Assembly (NCBI GenBank): GCA_008632985.1
Contig: QPGO01000039.1
Location: 496,001-560,000, forward strand
DNA length: 64,000 bases
From: Psammoneis japonica
Lineage: Eukaryota
Direction: 5' to 3'
The notes beneath the pieces are model-generated. The model was not told the DNA's origin and searched no databases. It saw nothing but the letters and a program-made list of their open reading frames with translations. Position numbers and translations under genes: made by a program. Positions 12,319-24,543 of the stretch are shown piece after piece (within the stretch, counting starts at the first letter, position 1; the number at the start of each line of letters is the position of its first letter).

Positions 12319-14072
12319 TAGTTCTTGCAAAGGTCTTTATTTGAAACCAATCCTGCCTTTCGAGGAATGTGAGAGGGCTGATGAAGCGCTTCCCTGATGC
12401 GATGAGAGATTATAGAGGCGGGGTCGTCGCGTTCCGCGTTCCGCGGGCCCGCGGGGATCCGGGGTCCGGGATTCGCGGATGCATTCGTGACTCGTGACTC
12501 GCCACAATGTGTAACCTTACCAGGACGAAAACAAACCGTAGTAGATAGGCCCTCTCTACTCTACAGAGGTAGATTGAGATGGGCTGGGAGGCTAATAGCC
12601 GAGCTCTTTCATGGCGTAGTACAACAGGGGATACTCGAAAGACAAGAGGGAATATGGACTATTGTGCTAATGATGGATACTTTCAGTGGCTCTCTAGAGC
12701 ATACTGCACCATTCTGAGCACCAGAAGATCCAGGAATGATAACATTGAAAACAGCGTGAGAGCTACTCTACGTTCTCATCTCTCGTGTGAGATCATCAAA
12801 GATAAGCTATAATGCATATAGACCACTGGATAACTCTCGTGTATTCTCGTTTTGGTAAGGCTTACATCGCGACACAAAGTGCTTTGTTTTTTGTGACACA
12901 TTCAGCCATGTCGGACGCAATCCGAAGGCGACGCAGGATCGAGGCATCCCATACATTCCTAAAGCCGGACAGCAATTCGAGAGTGACAAGGCAAAGAAGC
13001 GGAACTTGTCGGGAAGCGACGCCACAGCAGAAGTCTGAGCGCCAGCATGAACATGCCAAAATGTGGCAGTCGAGTTCTTCGTCAGCATCGACGCAGAAAA
13101 TGGTGGTTCTATATTCCGTCATTCTCTAGGTTTCCAGTTTCTGCTGTCCTTGGATTGCTTCATCAACAGCATCGAGTGACTATTATCGTCCTAGTGTTGG
13201 GTCAGTAGTTTTCATCAAGGCAAGATACGTCACGACAAAAGCCGTGATGCGACAATCAACTTCTTCGGATTCATTGGGAGAATCCCCAAGAACCAATGAC
13301 GAGATTTATTATTCCTTCTTGACACCGGTCGTGTGTCGTGAAAAGAAATTTCCTTCCGTTGATGGATATTCCGCTGGGGCCTTGCTTTCAGCTTTCAATT
13401 CATCACCGAGGTTTCGAGGCTGCGTAACCAATCGAACGGAAAAAAATGACGCTGACAACACGATGACAACTCGCTGACAAATTGAAAAAGCTGAGCGGGG
13501 CAAGGTGGCCAGGTTCGAAAGACTGCATAGAAGATGTCGAACCAGCATCTCGTCGTTCAGATTTATGTGACCAGCAAGGTTTCTACCACAGTACAGGAAG
13601 GGTCTTCCACGAAATGACCTCCCATAGTTATCCTTCAAATCATCATTCGTGACCAACCTTGACGAGTCATTTTCACGTAACGTCACTCGTTGTTGAGACA
13701 CAACGTGATTTTCGGAGTGTGCTCGGCATAATTCCAAAATTCATTCTGAAACCCGATGGTCTGAATGAGGGTCATAATGACTGAGTTGAGACAATGAGTG
13801 ATCTTGTTTGCATCTATCAACTACACAATCATTTAAAGCCTCCTAACCTAAGAAAAATCGTTTAGAAACTCCATTAGTACGATGTCTTTTGTCAATGAGA
13901 AATTATAGCAATGCCAGTCACTCAGAACGTTCCAAATGACCATCATTGCCCTCGTAGGAACGTACGCGAGAAGTACTGTACAGTACTGTACTGATTTTTC
14001 TCATGAACAGCCTCACTTCTCACTTTTTACAGGTTCGCTCATCGCTCTTGTCTTGCCACAACTCCTTCTTGT

Positions 14073-14540
14073 ATGATCGTTATTAGAACTATGGCTCTTC
14101 CATCAAAGGTTACGATGAGACATCTATACGCTTCTCAAGGTTCAAGGGAAGCTGGCAGAAGTGAAGAGAAGACATCTACGGTTGCACCGCAAATGACGAC
14201 GCAAACGGGCATAAAAGCAGCTTTCGCTTCCTCTGCGAATACAGACAATCTGAGAACAGCAAGCAAGACCTACCATCTCGAGTGTTCCTCAGATTCTTCG
14301 AATCATACAAGTATGAAACGATGCAGCCCAACCATGGTGACTATTGCAGAAAAGGATGTAACAAGATCTCCTCGAGATATGGACACTGTTCGGGTGGCAC
14401 GAGAATCGTCACCACCGCCACCTGTCAAGAAGAGGCGCTTTGAGCGGAGAAACTCCAAGGTCCCTTCCATGTTTTTCACTCAGAACATGTCATCAACGTC
14501 AGGATATGCGCATAAACCCGGACCGTCGACACGAAAGTAG
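14073..14540 (+). CDS. Hypothetical S/T-rich protein with RRFERRNSK motif
   Basis: 155-aa ORF. The motif resembles a short repeat seen in diatom hypothetical proteins. Confidence 0.5.
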   Translation: MIVIRTMALPSKVTMRHLYASQGSREAGRSEEKTSTVAPQMTTQTGIKAAFASSANTDNLRTASKTYHLECSSDSSNHTSMKRCSPTMVTIAEKDVTRSPRDMDTVRVARESSPPPPVKKRRFERRNSKVPSMFFTQNMSSTSGYAHKPGPSTRK

Positions 14541-15228
14541 CACGTGCGGTTGGTCTGTCGCATCTATCCTTTGCAACGGAACACCACAAAGATAATGCAG
14601 GGAGGGTTCCTCGGCCAATTACTACTTTTCGCCGATGCGTGTTACTTGCTTGTGAATAGTGATTCTTTGAATGGCTGTAACCTGACTATGGAGGTGCCTG
14701 AGAAGGGCGTTATTCGCACAACATGTTGTGTGTTGTACAAAGTTCTGTTACTTACATACCGCATAAGAGTTACGGAATACTGTAGCAGTAAGAAGTAAGA
14801 TACAAAATGAGTAAGTTTAGGGCTATCTCTTGTGTGTCTTGCAGCTTAGGTATCATTGGCTACGAATACATTTTCAATTTGCATTTTCAATTCACCAAGC
14901 CCATACATCCCGGGTCCGAATAGAAGTAACAACATCAATGCCATTGACGATTGACGTGGCACGTGGCATGTCGCGCCAAAATTCGCAATGGTCTCGTTTT
15001 GATGACGATCGACGGAGGGACAGCCACTGCGCGGCGTGCGTGATCGCGCGGTCCCATTTTTGATTTTTTTTTATTTTTCTTGCGTTTGCTCTTGTGGGTT
15101 ATGTGGGTTGTAGGTTGTGGGCACTCCCCGCTTGGGAGGTCTCCTCGAGTTGTCCTAGTGTTTGGTATTGTCGCTGCACATATCCTTTTCCTGACGTTTC
15201 GTTACTCTCTTCATTGTTGATTTCTATA

Positions 15229-16065
15229 ATGACAAGCTCAGATGATGTCGCGATAGATTTTAGAAAACTAATCAAACAAGAAAGGAAGCGAGCAAAGGAA
15301 AGAAGGAAAGGGCAAGAAGCTACGAAATGCAATCAGCGACCGCAGAAAGAACCATCTCATGATGAACTTCCATGGAACGACGACTGGAACAAGTGCTTGA
15401 CAGAGGCCTTAGTATTGGATCCAGTGACTCACTGTGTTTCTCGAGAAAATCCACGAAGTATTTACTACGTTCCAACGTTTCTGGATCAAGTTTTCATCGA
15501 TAGACTGATTCCCTGGCTACAGTCTCTACCTAGTGGTCGTAATGAAAGCGACTGCAACGGAAAGTGGACTACAATGAAGTATGGAAAACGCCGTGTAGCG
15601 CTCTTTGATGCAACCAACAGCACAGGCCGACCCTTGCCGTCTCCTCTTGAGGCCTTGACCGAGACTCTTGTTGTGTGTGGGGCTTGCACGCTGAAACCCA
15701 ATCATGTCCTCGTGAACGAATACACGGAAACCCAAGGCATCATGCCACATACCGATGGTCCTCTCTATCATGATGTTACAGCTACCATATCCATTGGAGG
15801 AGGAGACGTGCTGCTCAAATTCACTCCTCGACCATTAGATACGGTCCAAAACCAAGCTGAGAATTTGGAGGTTTGGCTTCAAGGATCCGGGTCACTCGTG
15901 GTGTTTCAAGAGGATGCTTACACCAACTATTGTCATGGAATTGACGATGGAATATATACAGAGTATGCTAGCGATTCCTGTGTCAATGCAGTACCGAACA
16001 CAAAGGTCACTCGAGGATATCGCATCAGTCTCACGTTTCGGCACAAGAACGAGTCTTCATCGTAG
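15229..16065 (+). CDS. ALKBH6: AlkB homolog 6-like 2OG-Fe(II) dioxygenase
   Basis: NHVLVNEY...QGIMPHTDGPLY..TATISIG, SLVVF...Y.HGI, RISLTFR. Confidence 0.88.
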   Translation: MTSSDDVAIDFRKLIKQERKRAKERRKGQEATKCNQRPQKEPSHDELPWNDDWNKCLTEALVLDPVTHCVSRENPRSIYYVPTFLDQVFIDRLIPWLQSLPSGRNESDCNGKWTTMKYGKRRVALFDATNSTGRPLPSPLEALTETLVVCGACTLKPNHVLVNEYTETQGIMPHTDGPLYHDVTATISIGGGDVLLKFTPRPLDTVQNQAENLEVWLQGSGSLVVFQEDAYTNYCHGIDDGIYTEYASDSCVNAVPNTKVTRGYRISLTFRHKNESSS

Positions 16066-16179
16066 TTAGAGCACGGCTAAAGAAATAGAAACCACTTCAG
16101 TACTAGTACATTCTTTCTGATGAAGCTCACTTAAATTTACTTACTAACATATTACACGAAAGGCACGCATATTCTTGTT

Positions 16180-17727
16180 CTAAAATGGTCTCGGTCCTGA
16201 CAAATCCGCAAAGGTGGGTGTTGGCGTGTAACTGTGCTGGTCATTGGCCGCCGGTGGTTGCAGGATATTATCCGACGGGTTCAGCATGGACAAGGGTTCC
16301 ATGTCATTGTTGGTTCCTCCATACTCCAACGCCGTACGCTGCGACTGTTGCCCATGGTTGCGACGATTGCGGCTCGTGTACACATGGCACCGGGCGAGAG
16401 CATCGTACAGCGGTTGTGCCGCCGGCGGAGTGGGTACTTGACCCAACAACAACTCTTCTCCCGTGACCTTTTTGCCATAGAACTTTTCATTGACATTGTG
16501 TCTTGTCACTACCAGCTTTCCATCCAAACTTACACCGGCATAGAGGCCTTTGGACTGCGAATACGTATACACGGGAGCCATGTTTTTGAGAGAAGCTCCA
16601 AAATCCGCCTCCACACTTCGTCCCACAGGACCCAAGGCGACTCCAACGTCCGCACCCAATTGAACCGAGCCATCATTGGAAAAGAACAATTTGACCGCGT
16701 CTTGATTCATTAACAAAAAGACGTGATCCGATACCTGAGCTCCAATCAAAGCTGTGAAACAAAAAGAGACAGAAGGTATCAGTAAAAGCAGCGCAATCAC
16801 TTCATATCACATATCAGAGCCCACGATCCACTCACCTCCCCAACTCAATCCGGCGGTTCCAATCGCACACGGTGCCGTCCATCCTTCTTCCAACCTGGCT
16901 ACAACAAGGCCAGTTCCAAATTCCACTCCACCCAATCCAAATCCTCCCTTGACTACCGTCATGACAGCCACACCCTGCGCATGCTCCAATAGCCTTGCGG
17001 GAATTCGAACGCCATCGATATTCCCAAATTGGGGCGTCAGCGTGGCGCACGTGTCTTTGCAATTGTCGTCTCCCAACGACGAATGAAACTCGGTGCCCGA
17101 CGCGGCGAGGGCACCCATGCGTTTGGGGAGAGGCAACAAATTGTTGAGCGTGTACGCCGCCTTGCGTACTTCATGACCAAGCGTAAAGGCCAGGGGCGAA
17201 TTAAACAGACGACGGGGATCGGTCGGGTCAATGGCGTTGTAGCGCATCGCGTTGGAATTGGTGCCCCGCAACTCTTCTTGGACGGGGAGCAATTGAGCGT
17301 GGCACGAACGGCATACCCGAAGAGGTTCTCGTGCTAATTTCGTGCGTTCCTCCAAGCCCTTGCCATAAAGCAAGTCTTGTGACTCGGGACTGACAAAGGT
17401 CAGCATACGATCAGGGTCCTCGTCGGGAGAAAAGGACGTGACAGTCTCGTGAGCGACCGACTTTTTCTTTCCTCCCTTTGGAATCAACACGATCGATGAG
17501 GGAGGGATAAGGCATTTGTTGGAAGAGCAATCGTTGCAAAAGATCTTTCCACACATACGACAATGATGACGACGGTTAAAGTTTGTAAAGGGACGGGCAC
17601 AATCCGCACAGTAAGGTTGCAAAACATCCAATTCCCACGGAGAGGACAGCGTAGCAACCGTCGTGTCAGGCTCGTTCTCCGGCGTAGGTGGAGCCGTTGC
17701 CTCGGGCTCTTGATCTTCTTTAGACAT
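16180..17727 (-). CDS. FYVE zinc finger + SYLF/Ysc84 domain protein (2 exons; intron 16752-16835)
   Basis: RRHHCRMCGKIFCNDCS...RVCRSC, GTGLVVARL, VALGPVGRS, YTYSQSKGLYAGVSLDG. Confidence 0.92.
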
Positions 17728-18698
17728 GCTCAGTCGGCTTTCAGGGTGAATAAGTTATTTACAGATCACTTCTTATGGGCAGAAACAGCAGAAGGTGATG
17801 AGACTCAGACAGCGCTTTCGCAATGTGGTTTAGCTTCAACAACGCTGTGGCTCTGGCGTCTTGCGTTCGTATTTCTTTACGTCGTGCTTTTTGTACGAGA
17901 ATTCTGAATCGTGTCACGCACTCTTTTCCAACGCAAAATTTTTACGTGATCTCACCGTACAAGTACGGGCGGAGCGACTGTCTGACGGAGGTCCGTCAGG
18001 TTGGTTCTCTACTCACATGAATGAGGTGTCAGCTGCATTTTCCATGCAGGTTTTGCTTGACTTTAATCAACACAAACCTGCATTACAGTGCAGGTCAGCA
18101 AGCTAAAGACCGAGTTGTTTGGGGTCATGTGGTGCTGTCAGCCAGGAAGCCCTTTCGCAGCACGTGCGGTGGTTGTTTTTCTCACCCCTCGTGCACTGGC
18201 TCCCACCACCAACGCAGCAGTTGTTGGAGCCCAACAACATCCCCACTCACATTTGCTCCATGCCTCATCCATTGTGTGTGGTGGGCTGCTACATGGTCTC
18301 CAGGAAAGCTCACTCCACCAGCTTGGCACACAGGATTTTTTGAGAGTGCAACAAAGTTGGCTCTGATGAGATTGCGCACTTTTTGCAGGAATCTGCTCTC
18401 TCGGCATCATGATGGCACGGGTCTGTCTCACACATGTGTGGCCAGCCATGCACTTTGTTTCTGGCAGATGAAACATTCAAGGCACAAATGCTGCAAACAA
18501 GGAAGACTCTCCCCTGCGGCAGCAAGCAAAAAGAGAAAACAAAGAGTGGCTGTCTTTCTGTCACACATTGTGTGTTTCCCATCTCAGACCATGAAGCACC
18601 AGCTGTTCCAAGCAATCAAGAGTTCCATCAGAATTTTTTTGTGAGAGGACATTTGTGCTGAGGGGGGGGGGTGAGATGGTGGCTGAAGCAGGCCACAT

Positions 18699-19116
18699 TG
18701 TTGATGTCTCAGCTTGCCTGTGCACTGTGCTCAAAGATTGAGTGCAAAGAAAAGCAGAACAAATCATGAAAAAGAGGAAATTGTGAGATCAGATTTTGCT
18801 CTGCAATTTTGGGTTTCTCTGAATGAGCTCTCAATGGCCCAAAGCATTTGTGCTGCTGCTCTTGCAGAGCAAAAGCCTTTCGGAGAATCTGTTCCTTGTG
18901 ACGACAGATTGTCCAAATGCAATCAATGTTGACAGCCTGTGTGTCAACATTGTTTGTCAATTGCACCGGTGATTTTAGACATCCAATCAATTCTGTGCAA
19001 TTTGTCTGACCTTTGTGTGCATCCACGATTGTTGCACAATTGACGCACACACAATGATGCAAGATTGTGAATGTGCACAATTTCTTCTGCTGCTCAACAA
19101 CAACGCGCATGCTGCA
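18699..19116 (-). repeat. 3' LTR of the Gypsy element
   Basis: Starts TGCAGCATG directly after the polypurine tract and ends TCAACA on the minus strand. Homologous to 22715-23046. Confidence 0.7.
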
Positions 19117-22100
19117 CTCACCTGTCCCCAACTGCACATTGGAGTCATTTGTTGAATGGAGTTGTTCAATGGACATTGACAGTGTCAACAATGTTGCCAC
19201 ATTTGATCTGCACTGTGCTGTCATTGTGTGCCATTGTTGTCTTTGGGCTGTTCTAATTTTTGAGAATCTTTCTCTGGCAGGATCTTTTCTCCCACTCTGC
19301 ACATGCATGGAGCACATCAAGCATTCTCTCTGGTGTTGTTTTCATTTGTGACATCTTGTTTTCATTTCTGAACAAACTTCCCCAGTCAGTTGTGTGTTGG
19401 ACATCAAAGACTGATTGTCCTGATGCAGCTGGCACAGTGGTGTGACATGTTGAGCACATTGCAAAGGCCGCTGCTGACAGTGTTCCCTCAAATGGATTTT
19501 GTGCATCCAGGGGTGCATTTTGCAAATCAAATGTGCACAGCATGTTGCCCAGTGCTTGATGCACATGCTCAATTGCGGCATTTGCTTGTGGATTTTGTGT
19601 GGTTGTGGGCTTGCATTCAGTGCCACAATCATCTTGAACTGCAGCTCTAAAATGGCACCCAACAAATTCACTTCCCCACAATCACAAGCAGTCAATGATG
19701 GCCAAGGACATCTGCTCAAAGCAACATTCTTTCCAACAGCCCAGCAACAGTCATGGATTCCTTGTTTGGATTTTCTGCTGCTTCAAACCACCCTGTTGCT
19801 GGACCTGTCATTGTCAAACATTTTTCAGGACTGGGGGTTTCTCTCTGCCCTTTCAATGCATTTTGTGTGGTCAAATGAGATCCCCACACACAGTCTTTCC
19901 CATGGCACTGATTCCATGCATCCAGGAGGCAAGTGTCCACATTTCTTTTGTCTCTTCTTAAATTTCTAGCATGCCTCATGCATTTTCTCATGTCTTCATG
20001 TGAGACAGACCACCACAAGGAGTGTTGCAAGATTGTCTCTTCAGCTCTGTTTGTGCCAGGATGCAGAAGGTGTGCATGATGCCAATCTGTCACTGTTTTT
20101 TGTGATGTCTTTGCCATGATGATTTTGTCCTTGTGATGTGTGAGCATTCAATCTTGCTCACCTCCATGAAAAGTCTTCATGTGGTGGCTGGTGTGTTGTG
20201 CCAGACAATTTGGAGAGAGTGTCTTTGCCCCATTTTTGTTCAGCATCAAGAACTTTGTGCATTGATGGAAAGACATTGTTGCTGGATTTGGGTGCAACAT
20301 TGTCAGCCAGTTCTTCATTGCTGAGGTTTTCCCTGGGATCAATTTTCTTCATGGTGAGTTGGCTGTGATCACATCTCTGCAAAATGACACTGGCCTTGCC
20401 CTTGAGATGGATCATTGCGGGGCTGAAATCTTCAATTGTCAGACACCCTCCTTTTCCATTGCAGTGTGTCAAGTCTGCACTCCACTCAGCTCAAAGCTGT
20501 TGCAAAAGGCAATGGGGGTTTGCTGTTTTGCTTCATGACTGCACCCAATTGAGAATCACTTGCATTGGCGCACATCTCAAAGGGTGTGTTGAAATTTGGG
20601 CATGACAACAACACACATCTTTTGACACAATTTGACTCACATTTTGAAGGCATTTTGTCCCATGCTTGTCCATTGCCACTTGACCTTAGATGAGGTGAGT
20701 TTGGCCAAAGGAGCAACATGTGTTTGAGATTGTCAAGGCCACATGTCTTGACAGCAATCAACCACACCAATGAAACATCACAATTCCTTGCAAGTTGCAG
20801 GAGCTGCAATTGCTTGAATTGCCTCCACTTTCTCAGGTGTTGGTCTGACATGCCATTTTGGGCAACATGAAAGCCTGGACAGTCTGCTTCAGACTTGGCA
20901 AAGAGAATGACTTTTTGGCACTCACCTTCAAACAAGCTTGTTCAAGCTGTGTGAACATTGTCTTGAGCTTGCTCAGATGATTTTTGAAGTTGCCTTCAGT
21001 CAGACATGGCATGTTGTCAATGTGATGTCATGCGGCAAGCTCCAATTCTGCCACAAGCTCACTTGTGTGCTCCTGAAAAACATCTCTGGAGCTCCACAAT
21101 CTCCCATTCATTGGGAAACTTCAGCACTCATGCTTGCCCTGTGGCATCGTGGTCATGCACAAATGATGTGTGTGTGGTGTCAATTCAATGTGGCAGTGTT
21201 CCATGTTCAAATCAAGTGAGGTTGCATGCATGAAACCTTCTGATGGTTTCTGCAGAACATCCTGAATTTTTGGCAAAGGATGAGTGCGGGGCATGCATTG
21301 GCCTTCCACTGAGCTCATGGAAGTCAGGCAGAAACTGAGCTTGACAAATTTTTCTTGGGCTGAACAAAGGTTGGAGCTGCCCATTCAGAGTGGCTTGCTC
21401 TTCTCAGGACTCCTGACTCACACAGTTGGTCCACTTTGTTTCTGGCAGTTGCCCATCAGGCTTGTTGTGGTGCTGGAAAAGGTTTGCATGATGCAGAGTC
21501 ATGCCTGATTTCAGTGCAAAATCAGCCGGCTTCTCCATCAAAAAGGAGTTCAAATCTTTTGAGGAGGAAAAGTTCAGCTGCTTCTGTTCCTCTGGGGTTG
21601 GATGCTGTGTCACTGTGGCAGCCACATTGTTGAGATCAGCAGCATGGCAGTTGGCACTGAGGATTTTGTTGATCACATCATCAAGGCCATTCACAGCATT
21701 GGATTCTTCAATGTGGCCAGCAATCAGCTGGAACACTTTGGTGTCAAAGAGTGCATCAACGTTCTTTGTTGGCACAGCTGCATTTTCCCATTTGATTTCT
21801 TCACTCGCAAAATCAAGTGTGTGACTCCAAGGCTGCTTGTCAAGTTGTGTCCCATGGTCATGTCATGTCTTGAAGAAGCAGCAGTGTCATCAACACATGT
21901 GCCATCTTCTCAACCAAGCAATGCTTGTCAAATTCAGGCAGCAAGAATTGAGCTGAGCATTGGCTGTCAGTTGCAAAGAAGCCACTGCCCTTGGTTTCCC
22001 AAGTCTTGGTGGCAGATTTCTCATTTCTCAATTTCTGTGTGAATTTGTGCAAAATTGTGGTTGACAATGTTTTTCTGTCAAGAAGAATGTGCAGAGGCTT

Positions 22101-22714
22101 GTTGTTTTCTCATTTCCCAAGGAAGTGTTCATGTGAGCAATGACTGCTCTGCTTTGGCCCTTTTCCCAGGCTTCCCAACATCCAGTGATGCACAGTCATT
22201 CCTTGGAGTTGCTGCACAAGTCATTTTTCAAACTGACAGTTTTCTACACTGAGGGTGTCTGAGCCACATTCCTCACTCTTGCACTTCTGATTGTTTGTGG
22301 AGGAACTCATCTTGAAAGATTTGTTGACTGCCTGAGTGATCATGGCATTCAACTCTTCTTTTTGAGAGGATTTTTAGCATCACGATGAGACCAGCCATGT
22401 GTGGTTGTTGCTGTTTTGGGTTTTGTTCACCACTCTCTTGGCATTCTTTTGCCAGCCTCTTGATGACCCAGCAGCACTGACCCATGTTGCACCACTTGCC
22501 AGGCTCAGATTGTTTGGCACCAGCTTGGCAACCATTTTGGGACCACAGCAAGATCCATCCTTGGCTTTGGAGCCAGACTTGTTGGCAGCATCAGACTTGG
22601 CATGCATGAGTTTGATCAAACAATGTGTCCTCAGCAACCTCCAGGTCTTCCAAGAATTCTGCCAACTCATCAAAGGTGTGGTCCAAAATTTTGAAACCTT
22701 GTGGGGTTGGCTGA

Positions 22715-23046
22715 CACAGTGCACCATGCTTGAAGAAGGAGTGCAAACAAAAGTGGAACAAAGTGCGAAAAGTGGAAATTGTGAGATTAAATTTCAATCT
22801 GTGATTTTTGGTTTCTCCGAATGAGCTCTCAATGGCCTGAAGCTTCTGCACTGCTTCTGCAGACAAAAGGCCTTTCGGAGCACATGCGATTGATGTTGAC
22901 ATGCAAGATGTCAACATTGTCAATCAACCTCACTTGCAATTTTTGATGTCTGATCAACTCTGTGTGATCATTCTGTCCTGCTGTGGCATGATTGACATGT
23001 GAAAAATGTGCAATCACAGATGTGCGCACAACAGTCGCATGCTGCA
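22715..23046 (-). repeat. 5' LTR remnant of the Gypsy element, fused to mid-gag
   Basis: Shares cgcatgctgca, gaatgagctctcaatggcc, gcctttcggag and ggaaattgtgagat with the 3' LTR. Confidence 0.65.
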
Positions 23047-23229
23047 AAGCTCTTGGAGTTGTCATTGTGTGATGGCAGCACATGTGTGGAGGATGGACAG
23101 ACTGTCAATGACAAGAGGGACAAACCAGAAATGGCGCCCCATGTTGAAAAATTCTTCCTGCTTTCAGCCATTTGTCACAAACAGCTCTCTCACAACTGAC
23201 ACATTGGCTCCTTTTCCCCTGAGGCATGG

Positions 23230-23480
23230 CAGCATTGAGAGCTCATTAAATTGGCTCTGACAAGATTGAAGGGTGCAGCACAGGGTTGCGCCACTCTCAG
23301 TGTGATGGGTGTGGGTCTGTCTTGCACATGCATGACCAGCCACACAACACTTTGTTTTTGAGAGATGAGATGCCTCAGGTGCACACAAACAATGCTGCAA
23401 ACCTGTTGAAGAATGCGAGGAAGATTGTGGCAAAGGGAAAACAGACAGCAGTTGTCTCTTTTTGCTGTTTTGTGTTTCTA
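23230..23480 (+). repeat. Diverged repeat, paired with ~18340-18600; unidentified coding remnant
   Basis: Shared ttggctctga, gggtctgtct, cactttgttt and aatgctgcaaac in the same order. Confidence 0.55.
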
Positions 23481-24543
23481 ACATCTGCAGAAAATGGAGC
23501 ACCAGATGCTCCAACATGCAGCTGAGAGAGAGCTCCACATCAGGAAATTTGCAACATTTGTGCCAGCCAAGGGAGGAGAGGGGTGGTGGCGGCACAACTG
23601 AGGCAGACCACATTGCCAACAGCTCAGCTTGGTGCTTGTTTGTCTCTGAAGCACTGCCAAAAATTCAAAAGTGGTGCTTGTGCACAAGCACCGCCAATCA
23701 TGAGCCTCCCTTCAATCAACTCAACAATGACTCCAAGTCCTCCAGTGGCAGCAACTGGCTGCAGCTTCTCCCTCCTTCTTTGAACAATCAAACAAGCAAT
23801 CAAAATGTTGCAGGTCACAAGAGCATCTGATGAAACTGTCACAACAGAGCTGATCATGTGGCAATTCATCGCATTTTGATGATCATGCTGTTCAACTCCC
23901 CCCATCCTCTGATCTGTTTTTTGTTTTGGGCGAATGCTTTGTGCCACCACAACTCTGGAACTCATCACAGTGTGGCGCATGTTGCCCCGCCGTGCCCTTC
24001 AGCAACATCATCAGCATTGACGTTGACCAGCAACAATTTGTCAAAACATCACGCTCACACTCATCGCTTCTGGCAAACGACATCGTCAAAAGCAACGGCA
24101 AATCACCATTTTTTTTTGTCACGGTGCAGCGTGGAAAAAATTGGTTTTTGTGGTGGCCTGCACCAGAGACAAATGACATCTACACATCAACACATGTGGC
24201 ACAAAGTCAATGTTTCTGCGCACGACACTTTGTTGCTCAGATTCCTTTTTCGGGTTCGAACTTTCAATTTTAACCAACTTGGGTTTTAAATTTGGATTTT
24301 GAACCCAAAAGGGTCCAAAATTGCAATTTTTGACCCGCCCCGAAAACGCGGAGGCAGAACAGCCAGTTCGCATTTCGCATTGAGCCGCAATTTGCATTTT
24401 ACGCTGTTACAAGGTGTGCATCGTCTTCTCAGATGATGCTCTGAGCCTGCAAGCTAAAGACCAGATGGCATGGACCAGCCTGCTGTTGTGTGGTGATTGA
24501 GGTTTTGTGCCACCCCAAATTCAAAAAAACTCAAATGGGCATG

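Larger units (their letters stand above)
18699..23046 (-). mobile_element. Degenerate Ty3/Gypsy LTR retrotransposon (gag remnant-RT-RNaseH-integrase)
   Basis: RT PLPKIQD...LDLNM and HIDN (for YIDD) at ~21010-21300. RNase H PFEMCANASDSQLGAV at ~20550. Integrase HPG, GSEF, NPQANAAIEHVHQALGNML at 19150-20150. Gypsy domain order. PPT at 19117-19130. Confidence 0.9.

Noticed and set aside
12487..13737. Short ORFs in the 12.5-13.7 kb interval
   Set aside because: No motifs or coding-like composition that I can support.
18694..23051. Target-site duplication for the Gypsy element
   Set aside because: The flanks (cacat, aagct) do not match and the LTRs are quite diverged, so the element may be chimeric.
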